The notes below the pieces were generated by a model. It was given only the letters and a program-made list of their open reading frames with translations. It did no database searches and had not been told where the DNA came from. From a candidate division Zixibacteria bacterium SM23_81 (lineage in GTDB: Bacteria; SM23-81): 64,000 bases of DNA. Position 1 is the stretch's first letter, and each line of letters starts with the position of its first letter. The stretch spans positions 22,605 to 86,604 of the forward strand of contig LJUY01000006.1 of the NCBI GenBank assembly GCA_001304015.1. Reading direction: 5' to 3'. Positions 19,345-29,323 of this stretch are shown here, one piece after another. The position numbers were made by a program, and so were the translations under genes.

Positions 19345-22300
19345 TCAAGGGTTGAAGTCGAAGCGCAAGCCCAGACGAATCTGCCTGGGGGTTCCCCAGT
19401 TATAAGGATGATTGATGAAGGCGCGGTACTGAGCCTCAGCCGGCGCACCACCATTGGCGGCAAGCCAGCTCTGGCCTTCAGGAGTGCTCAACCAGCCATT
19501 GTCCTCCGCAGAACCGGTGGCCTCGTAGATGCCCCGGTAATCGGTGTTGCCGATGTCCATGTTGTAGTTCCAGCGATCGAACTTGCGGCTGAACGGATTC
19601 TCGGTGCCCAGCAGGTTTATGACCCACACGTAGGCGTCAAAGTCCACACCTCCCACCTCGAAGGTCTTGTCCAGCTTCATGTCCATCTGGTGGGTCCAAT
19701 CGGTGTAGGCCGAGTTGATGGCCCCCTCGGGGAAGGCCGTGCTGAAGCGCGCCTGAAAGATGGTATCGGCAATCCTCTTGGGCGTGTATGGCAGGCCGCT
19801 GCCGAAGGACCAGTTCAAGTTCAATCCCATTCGGCCCAGAGGATGTCCGCCCATCAGCACGGGACCGTCATCGGGCTTGCTGCGGATGTCCAGGTTGACG
19901 CTACCGGTGTGTCGCTGGTCGAAGTCCAGAGGAGCTACGAAGGTGGGATAGTACTCCCGGCCGATCCAGGTCACGTAGAAGTCGCTCCCGGAGGTGGATC
20001 CGGTGCCGCCGGCAAATTGCAGCGTATAGCTGGCATGAGCTGAAATCCTCTCCGTCCGGCGCATATCGAAGTTCACGCTCAGCCCCTTGACAGAGCCATA
20101 ATCCCCGTTTTGGTACTGAGGATAGGTGTTGGGATGGGCCTCATAGCGGTTACGCAGCACGATGAGATCCCGAATCTCTTTGTAAAAAGCAGAGATGTCT
20201 ACGGCGGCGTTGTCTCCCACTTGCTGGCTGAGCCCCACCTCATACTGGGTGGTCTTGGTGGGCTTCAGATCCGGATTGCCGATCTCCACCTGATTGCCCT
20301 GGGAAATCTGGCCAGCCATGTAATCCCAGCCCGTATACAGGAAGGCCAATTGCGGCTGCTGGACAAACTTGCCAAACTGGGCGTGGAACACGGTCCGGTC
20401 GGTGACGGGAAATCCAATCCCCACCCTGGGGCTGAAGTTGTGCTGGGCCTCGGTGTCCTCCAGGCTGTCCAGTTCGATGAATCCAAACTCGTTCAGGGGA
20501 ATATGATAGGGATCCACCAGCCTCTTGTCTTTGGCATCCATCATGTCCCAGCGAAGACCCAGGTTGAGCACCAGGTCGGAGATCTCGATCTTGTCCTGAA
20601 CGTAGGCCGAGACGATGACCGGGTGCTTGGCATTATCAGGATCTGTGTCATCATCAATGGTGTCGTCAGGATCCACCGGCTGCTCGCCCCAATCGCCGAA
20701 GTAGATGGGATAGCCGAAATTGTCGGTGTAACCCACTCGGTAAGCGGCCCTCACGTCAGCGGCACTATCCGGCGGGTTGTCCGCCAGGGTTCCGGCAATC
20801 TGCATGGGTCGCGTCACGGAGTAACGCCTCAGGGTATTGTAACGGTACTCAAAACCGGCCTTGAACTCGTGGACATCCCACATCTGGCTGGTGCCGTCGA
20901 ACTTGAGCCCCCACGAGCTGGAGCGGTTGAGATAGTAGTCGTCGTACACGCTGATGGAGTCGAAAATTCCCGACCCAAATCGGAAGGGCTCGCCGGGGTT
21001 GGTACCGGGCTCGGGGAGAAATGCATTCCAGATGCCATTGCTATAAATACCATCTGGTGTGGTCAAGGTGTCGTTGTTGTCGCCATAGTCATAGATGTTA
21101 CGGCCCAAAATCCCATCGCCCCGCTCGCTGCCATGCGAGTGATAGCTAAAGGTGGCCGTGTAAAAGGTATTCGGATTGAGCGTGTGAGTGATCTTCCCAT
21201 ATGTGGACCAGGAGAACTCCTCGTCGGTGGCCATATGGGCCAGGGTTTCCTCGAGCAGGGAGCGGTGTTGATCGTACTCCTCGAAGTCCGCATTCCAGTA
21301 ATGTCCGCCGAGCTTGATCTGGATGGGCCTGAGATCCACCAGCACGTTGCCGTTGAACATCCAGTTCTTTTCGTAGTTGTGGGGCAGAGGGCCGGTGGTC
21401 GTGGTAATCTCGGCCACGCCCGCGCTGTCGCCGATATCGACCAGCACCGGATGCTCACCCAAGGAGGGCCGGCGGTCCTTCATCTCGCGCCATTCGCCGG
21501 TCAGGAAGAATTTCAGCTTGTTCTCCAGCCCGGGAACGGGGCCGCTGAGGCCCAGGTTGCCGACGTTATACCCGTAGGAGTAAGCCCCCAGGTTCTCGTC
21601 ATCCTGGCTCAACCAACTGTCGGTGACGAACTCTCCGTTGATATTGTAACTCCGTCTCCCCGTCCTGGTGGTGGTGTGAATCACGCCGGAGTTAGCGAAG
21701 CCGTATTCGGCATTGAAGCCACCAGACTGGTAGGAGATCTCCTCCACCGAGTTGATGGGCACCTCCCCTTGCGGCTCGCCGGTGCGCAGGTCGTTGACAT
21801 ACACGCCGTCCACATACCAGGCGATCTCATCTTCACGCCCGCCGCGCACGTGCATCCTATCGCCCAAAAAGACCACTCCGGGCTGAGAGGCCACTATCTC
21901 GGAGTAGCTCCTCATGGGCAGGTTTTGGAAGTCCTCCAGGCGCAGAGTCCGGGTCACGTTGGTGGCGGCCCGCTCGACCAGCGGCCGTGCGGCCGTAACC
22001 ACGATCACCTGACCCTCCAAAACGGTCTCTTCCAATGCCACATCCTGGATGGTGGTGAGATCCACATTCACGATGACATTCTGGACGCGAGTCGTCGTGT
22101 AACCGACCACACTCACGGCCATATTATAGCTGCGAGGTGGGACGTTCAGGATGATGAACACTCCCCCTCTATCGCTCGCCGCGCCCATGGTGGTCCCTTC
22201 CAGAATGACGTTGGCTCCGGGCAGCGGGTCACCGGTTCTGGCATCGGTAACAGTGCCCATGATCTTTCCCGTATCACCAGCCAACACTAAGGAGGGTAAT

Positions 22301-22350
22301 AGCAGGCCGAGGATCAGAAGACCTGCCAACGGTAAGATTTTTCTTTTCAT
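19345..22350 (-). CDS. TonB-dependent outer-membrane receptor with N-terminal carboxypeptidase-regulatory-like domain
   Basis: Signal peptide, a CarbopepD_reg-like stretch (GKIMGTVTDARTGDPLPGANVIL), a plug domain, a long barrel and a C-terminal aromatic-rich end. AAGGGGG Shine-Dalgarno upstream. Confidence 0.8.
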   Translation of the reverse strand: MKRKILPLAGLLILGLLLPSLVLAGDTGKIMGTVTDARTGDPLPGANVILEGTTMGAASDRGGVFIILNVPPRSYNMAVSVVGYTTTRVQNVIVNVDLTTIQDVALEETVLEGQVIVVTAARPLVERAATNVTRTLRLEDFQNLPMRSYSEIVASQPGVVFLGDRMHVRGGREDEIAWYVDGVYVNDLRTGEPQGEVPINSVEEISYQSGGFNAEYGFANSGVIHTTTRTGRRSYNINGEFVTDSWLSQDDENLGAYSYGYNVGNLGLSGPVPGLENKLKFFLTGEWREMKDRRPSLGEHPVLVDIGDSAGVAEITTTTGPLPHNYEKNWMFNGNVLVDLRPIQIKLGGHYWNADFEEYDQHRSLLEETLAHMATDEEFSWSTYGKITHTLNPNTFYTATFSYHSHGSERGDGILGRNIYDYGDNNDTLTTPDGIYSNGIWNAFLPEPGTNPGEPFRFGSGIFDSISVYDDYYLNRSSSWGLKFDGTSQMWDVHEFKAGFEYRYNTLRRYSVTRPMQIAGTLADNPPDSAADVRAAYRVGYTDNFGYPIYFGDWGEQPVDPDDTIDDDTDPDNAKHPVIVSAYVQDKIEISDLVLNLGLRWDMMDAKDKRLVDPYHIPLNEFGFIELDSLEDTEAQHNFSPRVGIGFPVTDRTVFHAQFGKFVQQPQLAFLYTGWDYMAGQISQGNQVEIGNPDLKPTKTTQYEVGLSQQVGDNAAVDISAFYKEIRDLIVLRNRYEAHPNTYPQYQNGDYGSVKGLSVNFDMRRTERISAHASYTLQFAGGTGSTSGSDFYVTWIGREYYPTFVAPLDFDQRHTGSVNLDIRSKPDDGPVLMGGHPLGRMGLNLNWSFGSGLPYTPKRIADTIFQARFSTAFPEGAINSAYTDWTHQMDMKLDKTFEVGGVDFDAYVWVINLLGTENPFSRKFDRWNYNMDIGNTDYRGIYEATGSAEDNGWLSTPEGQSWLAANGGAPAEAQYRAFINHPYNWGTPRQIRLGLRFDFNP

Positions 22351-23000
22351 GAGAAAAACCCCCTTTGATTGTATCTCAGAGGACTGAAATCATCGATGAC
22401 GTGAGCTCGTGCCCACGAATTTCAATAGACTCTTTCGCTTCTGTTCATCACCTCCTTCTATATCTAAAAACCCTATCTTCTCTCCGGTGGCTGAAAAATG
22501 CCTCATATCAGCGCACCGAAAGTTACAAAAATAGAAAGTAACACTTCTTATAGAATTGTCAAGGAAAAAATTTATAATACTATACACCTCCCCCTTTCCT
22601 TTGCTTCTCGAAAATATCAAATCCGCAAAGGCTCTTGGACAGTGATCATGGATTGCTACAAAATCAGCAACTATTATGCCGGACCATTACGATAGGCTAT
22701 ATTTGTGCTGCTAAAGGGAATAGAACTTCGGAGCGGGAGAGTTTATAACACACGAGCTGATGAGCTGTATAGTATTTGAACACTATCCCCTTCGCAGTGC
22801 GCAAAATTATTCAGACTCTCTAAAAATTTATATCTTTTTGAACCATTGTCAAGTAAAATTTTACCCGGCCTTAAAAAAATTGAGAGATTAACTTAGATGA
22901 AAAACCCCTTGCCTTGATCTTCTCCTTTTCGTAATTTACACATCAAAGGTTTCATTTTCATAGCGATTAGCAGATCGATAAGCAAAAAAGGAGCCAATCC

Positions 23001-24797
23001 ATGCTCAAAGCCATGCGCCAAAATACGAAACTCATCTTGTGGATTATCCTGGCCGCCTTTGTGGGCACGATCATCTTCGCCTGGGGGATGAATGTCACGG
23101 GCAGGCAGGGAAGCAGGCAGGCGGTGGTGGGTGTTGTAAACGGTCAAAAAATCTCCTATCAACAGTTTTCATACATATTTCAGAACCTCTACGATCAAAC
23201 TCAAGAGCAGTTGGGCCAGGCGTTGGACGAGGAAACTTCCCGGCAGCTCCTGGACGAAACTTGGAACCAAATTGTCAACCAGATTCTGCTCACCGAGGAG
23301 ATCGAAAAGCGAGAGATACGCGTCACCGACCTGGAAGTGGTCACCTACATTCGAGACAACCCCCCGGATTTTCTCCTGAACAACGAGAGCTTGCAGACAG
23401 ACGGCGAGTTCGATCCCCAGAAATATGCGGCGGCCCTGGCCGATCCCAGATACGACTGGAGACCTCTGGAGAATCAGGTTCGAGCAATACTGCCCGTGCA
23501 GAAGCTGCAGAGCATGATCATGGCCGCCGTCCGGGTCACCGATGCAGAGGTGTGGAACGATTACAAGGCAAAAAACGAACGAGTTCAGGTTCGCTACGTG
23601 GCTCTCCGACCCACGGATTTCGAGGTGGATCAAGCCAAAATCACTGAAGGGGAAATCAGGCATTATTTCGATGAACACCAGCACGAGTATCACCAACCGA
23701 GCAGAGCCAACCTGGATTACGTGTTCTTGGAGAAGACCGCCAGCCAAGCAGATGAGGACACCGTTCGAGCCGAGCTGGAGGCTCTCAGAGAAAGGGCCTT
23801 GGATGGAGAGGATTTCGGAGAGTTAGCCGAGATTTTCTCTCAAGGACCTTCTGGCAAGGACGGTGGGGATTTGGGATTCTTTGGTCGAGGGGTCATGGAC
23901 AGCGCCTTTGAGGCCGGGGCTTTTGCCCTTCAGGAAGGAGAGATCTCAATGCCCATCCGCTCCTCTTTTGGCTGGCATATCATTAAGTTGGAGGAAAGAC
24001 GAGCCAGCGGCACAGAAGAGGAGGTTCGAGCCCGTCATATTCTCCTGAAGGTCACTCCCAGCCAGCAGACGCTAGAGGCCCTTCTGGATCAGGTGGACAA
24101 GTTGGCTCAAAGCGCTAAGGAAGTCGGCCTGGAACAAGCCGCTCAGGAGGCTGGTTTCGAGGTCATGCAAACGGGTCTTTTCCATGAGGGCAGCCAATTT
24201 GTGCCTGGGCTGGGAAAGGCCAGCGACGCTGCCAAGTTCGCCTTTTCAAGCAAGAGAGGAGAGATCGGAGGCCCGTTCGAGAACGAGAAGGGACTTTCTT
24301 TAGTCTCCATTCGAGAACGGGAAAATGCCGGGATTCCCCCACTGGACAAAGTGAAGAAACAAGTTGAATCAGCATTGATTCGCGAAAAGCAGAAGCAGCT
24401 CGCTCGAGAAAAGGCTATGGGCTTTCAGAATCGCCTCCAGGAGGGCCAAACCCTGGCGGCGGCGGCCCAAGACATCTCCCTCATTGTGGAGGAAACCGAA
24501 CCTTTCGCCCGCAAGGATTATGTCCCCAAGATTGGTCTAGCCAACGAATTTGTGGGAACGGCCTTTGGACTCCAAGTGGGTGAGATCAGCGGTTTAGTGG
24601 AAACCAATCGCGGATACTATTTCTTGCAGGTAGTGGCTCGAGAGGAAGCAGATCTGGAGGAGTTCCAAGAACAAAAGCAGGCATTGACGTTAGATCTTCT
24701 CAGAAGAAAGCAGAATCAGGTATATGGAGACTGGTTTGAAGGAGTGAGACAAAAGGCCAACATCGAGGACTATCGCGACCGTTTCTTCAGGGTATAA
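23001..24797 (+). CDS. PpiD-like periplasmic chaperone / PpiC-type peptidyl-prolyl isomerase
   Basis: N-terminal membrane anchor, a SurA-N-like domain and a PpiC rotamase motif (GDLGFFGRGVMDSAFEAGAF...GWHIIKL). AAGGAG Shine-Dalgarno upstream. Confidence 0.8.
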   Translation: MLKAMRQNTKLILWIILAAFVGTIIFAWGMNVTGRQGSRQAVVGVVNGQKISYQQFSYIFQNLYDQTQEQLGQALDEETSRQLLDETWNQIVNQILLTEEIEKREIRVTDLEVVTYIRDNPPDFLLNNESLQTDGEFDPQKYAAALADPRYDWRPLENQVRAILPVQKLQSMIMAAVRVTDAEVWNDYKAKNERVQVRYVALRPTDFEVDQAKITEGEIRHYFDEHQHEYHQPSRANLDYVFLEKTASQADEDTVRAELEALRERALDGEDFGELAEIFSQGPSGKDGGDLGFFGRGVMDSAFEAGAFALQEGEISMPIRSSFGWHIIKLEERRASGTEEEVRARHILLKVTPSQQTLEALLDQVDKLAQSAKEVGLEQAAQEAGFEVMQTGLFHEGSQFVPGLGKASDAAKFAFSSKRGEIGGPFENEKGLSLVSIRERENAGIPPLDKVKKQVESALIREKQKQLAREKAMGFQNRLQEGQTLAAAAQDISLIVEETEPFARKDYVPKIGLANEFVGTAFGLQVGEISGLVETNRGYYFLQVVAREEADLEEFQEQKQALTLDLLRRKQNQVYGDWFEGVRQKANIEDYRDRFFRV

Positions 24798-25974
24798 CCT
24801 GGCCATGGGCGCCTTCGTCTTCTTCCCCAGCCCCGAAGGCATATAAATAGCCATCCATGGAGCCAACGTAAATCCGACCCTCCCAGGCGGCAGGAGAGGA
24901 GACGATAGCTCTTCCGGTCCTGTGGCTCCAGTTCAGTTCCCCAGTCTCAGCATCCAGGGCGTAAAGAACGCCATTGCTGGCGCCGAAGATAACTACTTGC
25001 CCGTTGCCCAATGGGGCGCTAAGTATTGGACTTCCCACCGTAAAGGACCAATTCAAAGTACCGTTCGTAGCATTAAGAGCGTACAGCGTGCCGTTATCCG
25101 ATCCAGTATACACCGTCCCGTGGCAAACCGCCGGCGAGCTAGATAGGTCTCCTTCCGTCTGGAACGACCAGACCACCTCCCCATCATCCTCCCTCAAGGC
25201 ATGGATCTTTCCATCGAAGGATGACACGTAGATGTGTCCCTCATGGGCTATGGGCGATGACCAGATGCTTCCGCCCAGCTCTCTTCTCCAAGCCTCACGA
25301 CCGGTATCAGCCTCCAGAGCATAGACAAAACCCTCCGCGGAGCCAAGGTAGATCATACCTCTCATAAAGGCGGCTGCAGTGCTCGTTCGCCCCTCTGTCT
25401 GAAACCGCCACAGCTCCTGTCCGTCCTCGGTCGACAGGGCATGGATGCTGCCCGAACCGGAGCTCACGAACACCACTCGACCAGCCAGCGTCAGCGAGGC
25501 GGAGACGTCGGGGATGTCCTTTTTCCAACGCATATCCCCGTTGATAAGATCCAAGGCGTAGACTCCATCATCGCCGAACTCTGTACCGAAAAAAACGGTC
25601 CGCACGCCGATGGCCGGTGAGGCGGATATGCTGGAACCCACTTTGAGAAAGCTGTAAGGACGACCATCGCGGGCTGACAGGAGATAAAACCTCTTGCCAA
25701 GGGAGCCAATACAGACCAACCCATCTACCACCGCCGGCGAGGAGACGATGGGACCCTTGGTGCGAAATCGCCACAAAAGGTGCATCGGGAGCCGAATATC
25801 CCCATAATATTGACCGGTATGCCCGCTGTTTCCGCCCAGCATGGGCCAACCGCCTCCGGGCTCAAAGGCATCGGGAACAACAAGACGTCCTTGACAACAG
25901 AGACCAAAAATCACCGCCAGCATAGCGAGGACGCCCAGGTATCTCAGGCTTTTTCTTCCTGTCAATAGTTCCAT
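24787..25974 (-). CDS. PQQ-like beta-propeller repeat protein (BamB-like)
   Basis: Repeating LYALD / VYALE / LYALN blades with tandem W-containing units. N-terminal signal/anchor. Overlaps the upstream Omp85-like gene by 13 nt. Confidence 0.7.
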   Translation of the reverse strand: MELLTGRKSLRYLGVLAMLAVIFGLCCQGRLVVPDAFEPGGGWPMLGGNSGHTGQYYGDIRLPMHLLWRFRTKGPIVSSPAVVDGLVCIGSLGKRFYLLSARDGRPYSFLKVGSSISASPAIGVRTVFFGTEFGDDGVYALDLINGDMRWKKDIPDVSASLTLAGRVVFVSSGSGSIHALSTEDGQELWRFQTEGRTSTAAAFMRGMIYLGSAEGFVYALEADTGREAWRRELGGSIWSSPIAHEGHIYVSSFDGKIHALREDDGEVVWSFQTEGDLSSSPAVCHGTVYTGSDNGTLYALNATNGTLNWSFTVGSPILSAPLGNGQVVIFGASNGVLYALDAETGELNWSHRTGRAIVSSPAAWEGRIYVGSMDGYLYAFGAGEEDEGAHGQVIP

Positions 25975-28781
25975 CCGAAGAAAAACTGAACCTTGGTCTC
26001 GGGGAAGATCCTGTCAAAATCGGTAATCTTGGCAAAGTCCAGCCGTAGAACGGTGAAATAACTCAGTCTGGCCCGCAGTCCCAGGCCAAAGGCACCGTGA
26101 ACCTGAGTCAGTTCCTTCTTGAGGCTGAGATCTTCGCTCCAAGCATTGCCGATGTCCATGAAAACGGCTCCCCGAATGGCCTGGAGTTCAAAATTCCCGA
26201 AAGGAAATCCCACTAGAAGGTTATCAATCACCGGGACTCTCAGTTCGTTATTCAACAGAATCAGTTTCCGTCCCATGAAGTACCTGCGAGGGTACCCTCT
26301 CATGTCCCAGCTTCCGCCCATATAGAATATCTGTGGTTCTGCCCCCTGGCTGTACAGACCGACCAGCCGAATGGCGTGACAGATCCTCCGGCTGAGCCGA
26401 AAATACTGACGCAGGTCACCCATGATGGTCCGATTAAACAGGCGACCTGACCACGGTCCCCAGGTAAGACCCATGGTCAAGTTCATCCTCAAGCCATCTA
26501 TGGGGCCCACCGGCCCCCAGAGGGAGGTGTCTTTGATGAAAGAAAGATAGGTAGAAGAAAGGAAGGCCGATCTCTTTCTTCCAGAATCGTAATTCTCCTT
26601 GTACGAATTCTTCAGGAAGGTACTCAACTCGAGTCTATGGAACTTAGAAAAGGGATGTCTTACCGCGACAAAACCCCCGTATTGCCGTTCGAAGTACCAA
26701 CCACGATAGGTATCGAAGTAGTCATCTACAAAGTGAAAACCCCCCGCTCCTATATTCGTGCGCCGGGAAAGGTTAAAATAGCTAAAGCCCAGGTTGAAGC
26801 TGGAAAGGAAATCCCGCCGGTCGCTGGCCGTGTTATTGAGCAAGAAATAGTATTGGTGATCCCCCAACATATCCGTCAATGCTATTTGAAGCCCCCCGCC
26901 AAGCCCCAAAACGGGATCGTATGAGATGGCGCTTTGAGCAATATCCAGGGAAAGCTTCTTTCGATACTTGGCTGGGGAAGGAGATCGAGCGGCAGGAAGT
27001 TTCATCGGCTCCCAAGGCTCCATTATCTGCTCCGGTCGTGAGGCTAAAACTCCAGGACCCAGGGAATCGGGGAGTTCCATACGATAGATTTGGAAGCGAC
27101 TTTGGCCATAGGCACAGAAGATGAGATGCTCTCCATTCTGGGACCAGTCGGGGTCAAAGACTCCTGTGAGAATATTGGTCAGTCGATGAACGCGACGATT
27201 CTGACCATTGACATCCTGGATGTACAGATTAAAAACGCCTTCCCGGTCCGAGCAGAAAACGATACGATTTCCCTCTGGCGCCCAGGAGGGTGATTGGTCA
27301 TTATGTGCCCCCTCAGTCAACCGCTCAAGGTCTCCGTCCTCCAGGCGACATAGATAGAGATTGTGAAATCCATGGCGACCTTGGGGGGAACGATCTGAGC
27401 TGAAAACCAAGGAACGGCCATCGGGAGACCAGCTCGGGTCCCGATCGTCATAAAGATCTGACGTGATCTGGCGAAGTTCACCACTGCGGACCTCTACTGC
27501 ATACAGGTTGACATGGCCATGGCGGTCAGCGGCCGAGAAAGCAATTCTGTCGCCCTGCGGCGACCAGCAAGGAGAGGACATGGAGATCAAGCGAGGAAAT
27601 TGGAACCTCTCTATAACCCGACCACTCTCCATGTCCCATAGGTAGAGGACATCTGTCTCCTGGCTTTTGGACACAAAGGCCAGGGTGCCAGAGCATGAAA
27701 CGTCCAGTTTGCTCTTGAGCAGATGCAGAGTTTCAAACTCGGTTGTTCGCTCACCTCGGATCAGGCGTCGAACCGCTTTCCCCTCCTCCCCAATGGTCAG
27801 CAGGTAAACGTCCACATATCCCATTCGATTGGTCATGAAGACGATCCCCCCGCCATTGGAATCCGTGGCGTGATAAACAGTCGGCTTCACGTTGGAGCCC
27901 ACAAAGGTCAACTGCTCAGCCGCCTGTTCTGGCATGTCAAGCTCCCTCAGCAGTGGATAATACCGTTTCTTGAGGCAATACTGCCACTTCCTATCCACCT
28001 CTTCGAGAGAGCTTCCCAGTGTCATTTCCAAGGCGTCGGGGAATTTCTTCGCCTTCCACCAATTTTCGCATAGCCGCAGGATTTTGTCCTCCCCATACCG
28101 CTGGGCGATAAACTCCACCGCAGACTGCCCCTCTTTATACATCTGAAAGGTGCCGTTGATGCGGTACATCTGATCCAAAGGCACCAGGTTCCCGGAGATG
28201 ACGGCATCTCGCAGGACCATCTCGGCCTCGGCATCCCATCGGCCGGACCAGTACTCGGCCAGCCCCTCGATCATCCACAGTGGGGGAAGATAATACTGAA
28301 ATTTATCGTGGTCCCGCAGCACGACCTTGAGCTTAGAGAGTGTGAACACATGAACGAGCTCATGCCGGATGACTTTCTCCAAGCTGGCATGGGAGCCCGT
28401 AAAGGGCACCACAACCCGACCCTTCATAAATTCCATAAAGCCGCCCACGCCCTCGGGCAGCATGGAGGGGATCGTGTTGGTCTGTTGAAAATAGTTATGC
28501 GCACTGTAGAGAATCAGGGGAATGGGGCGAGATATATGGTGATGAAACTTGGCCGCCAGTTGCTGGTAACTTTTTTCGGCCATGGCGGCCGCCGCCTCGG
28601 CTAACTCCCTTTCCTCGGAATAGAAGTAAATCTCGAGGTGATCGGTCTTCATGACCAGCCATTGAAAGTTGGTGTACTGAATCTTATTCTTGCCAAAATG
28701 ATACTGAGCCTGGCCATTTGCAAACAGGCCGAGGAGGCAGATCAGGCCAGTTGCCAGAAAGAGGGTTTTGATTTTTCTCAT
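25962..28781 (-). CDS. Multidomain outer-membrane protein: N-terminal HExxH domain, PD40/TolB-like beta-propeller repeats, C-terminal Omp85-like barrel
   Basis: Signal peptide; IRHELVHVF (HExxH); several PD40-type repeats (DRDPSWSPDGRSLVFSSDRS, DQSPSWAPEGNRIVFCSDREG); a C-terminal barrel ending FFFGWNY. Confidence 0.7.
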   Translation of the reverse strand: MRKIKTLFLATGLICLLGLFANGQAQYHFGKNKIQYTNFQWLVMKTDHLEIYFYSEERELAEAAAAMAEKSYQQLAAKFHHHISRPIPLILYSAHNYFQQTNTIPSMLPEGVGGFMEFMKGRVVVPFTGSHASLEKVIRHELVHVFTLSKLKVVLRDHDKFQYYLPPLWMIEGLAEYWSGRWDAEAEMVLRDAVISGNLVPLDQMYRINGTFQMYKEGQSAVEFIAQRYGEDKILRLCENWWKAKKFPDALEMTLGSSLEEVDRKWQYCLKKRYYPLLRELDMPEQAAEQLTFVGSNVKPTVYHATDSNGGGIVFMTNRMGYVDVYLLTIGEEGKAVRRLIRGERTTEFETLHLLKSKLDVSCSGTLAFVSKSQETDVLYLWDMESGRVIERFQFPRLISMSSPCWSPQGDRIAFSAADRHGHVNLYAVEVRSGELRQITSDLYDDRDPSWSPDGRSLVFSSDRSPQGRHGFHNLYLCRLEDGDLERLTEGAHNDQSPSWAPEGNRIVFCSDREGVFNLYIQDVNGQNRRVHRLTNILTGVFDPDWSQNGEHLIFCAYGQSRFQIYRMELPDSLGPGVLASRPEQIMEPWEPMKLPAARSPSPAKYRKKLSLDIAQSAISYDPVLGLGGGLQIALTDMLGDHQYYFLLNNTASDRRDFLSSFNLGFSYFNLSRRTNIGAGGFHFVDDYFDTYRGWYFERQYGGFVAVRHPFSKFHRLELSTFLKNSYKENYDSGRKRSAFLSSTYLSFIKDTSLWGPVGPIDGLRMNLTMGLTWGPWSGRLFNRTIMGDLRQYFRLSRRICHAIRLVGLYSQGAEPQIFYMGGSWDMRGYPRRYFMGRKLILLNNELRVPVIDNLLVGFPFGNFELQAIRGAVFMDIGNAWSEDLSLKKELTQVHGAFGLGLRARLSYFTVLRLDFAKITDFDRIFPETKVQFFFGWNY

Positions 28782-29012
28782 TATAGATATTTCCGCTCGT
28801 GGGTTTCAGTATCCTTCACCAAGAGAATACTCGACCATCAGTTTCGGCTAAGAAAACGGCTTAATACTAGCCCTTCTGTCCATTTTAAAATAGTTATCGA
28901 GCCTTCATCTGTCAACCTCAATTTATCGTTCGTACGGATCTATGTGGCTCAGATACATATTGCAGAAACGATAAAAATAAGAAGTTACCTCAATTAGTGG
29001 AGCAAAAAGGCG

Positions 29013-29041
29013 TTGACAAGATCAGATTGTAGCAATATATT
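29013..29041 (+). promoter_or_regulatory. Candidate sigma-70 promoter (TTGACA-N17-TATATT)
   Basis: Exact -35 hexamer at 29013-29018 and a near-consensus -10 at 29036-29041 with a 17-nt spacer, about 280 nt upstream of the sulfotransferase start. Confidence 0.3.
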
Positions 29042-29323
29042 GATTTAATGTCGGGAAGGTGCGAATTTTTCCTCTCCTTTGCGTGACAAGCTAGACTAAC
29101 CCACCAAAGGGGATAGATCAATCATAGCCAGTCTGTTCTATATTCGAGCAAGGCCTTAGGAACTATCAGCATGAAGGAACCTCTACGAGTAATTTCTGTG
29201 GATAAAGGTCTTCGATTGGTTCTTCTGCAGAGTTTCTTGACGAAAGGATTCGTGCAAAAAACTTTAGAGAAGTACATATTTTGAACTTAAGACAACAGAC
29301 CACTTTCCTTAGGAGTAATTACT

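Noticed and set aside
20110-22290. 726-aa plus-strand ORF antisense to the TonB-dependent receptor
   Set aside because: It lies entirely inside a strongly supported minus-strand gene. The translation is low-complexity (Gly/Val/His-rich) with no recognisable motifs, which is typical of antisense ORFs in GC-rich coding DNA.
22351-23000. Possible tRNA or small RNA in the 650-bp AT-rich intergenic region. The same check was applied to 28782..29323.
   Set aside because: No cloverleaf-compatible segments, no GTTC-R-A T-loop with a matching acceptor stem, and no CCA-adjacent structure seen. Best explained as divergent promoter regions.
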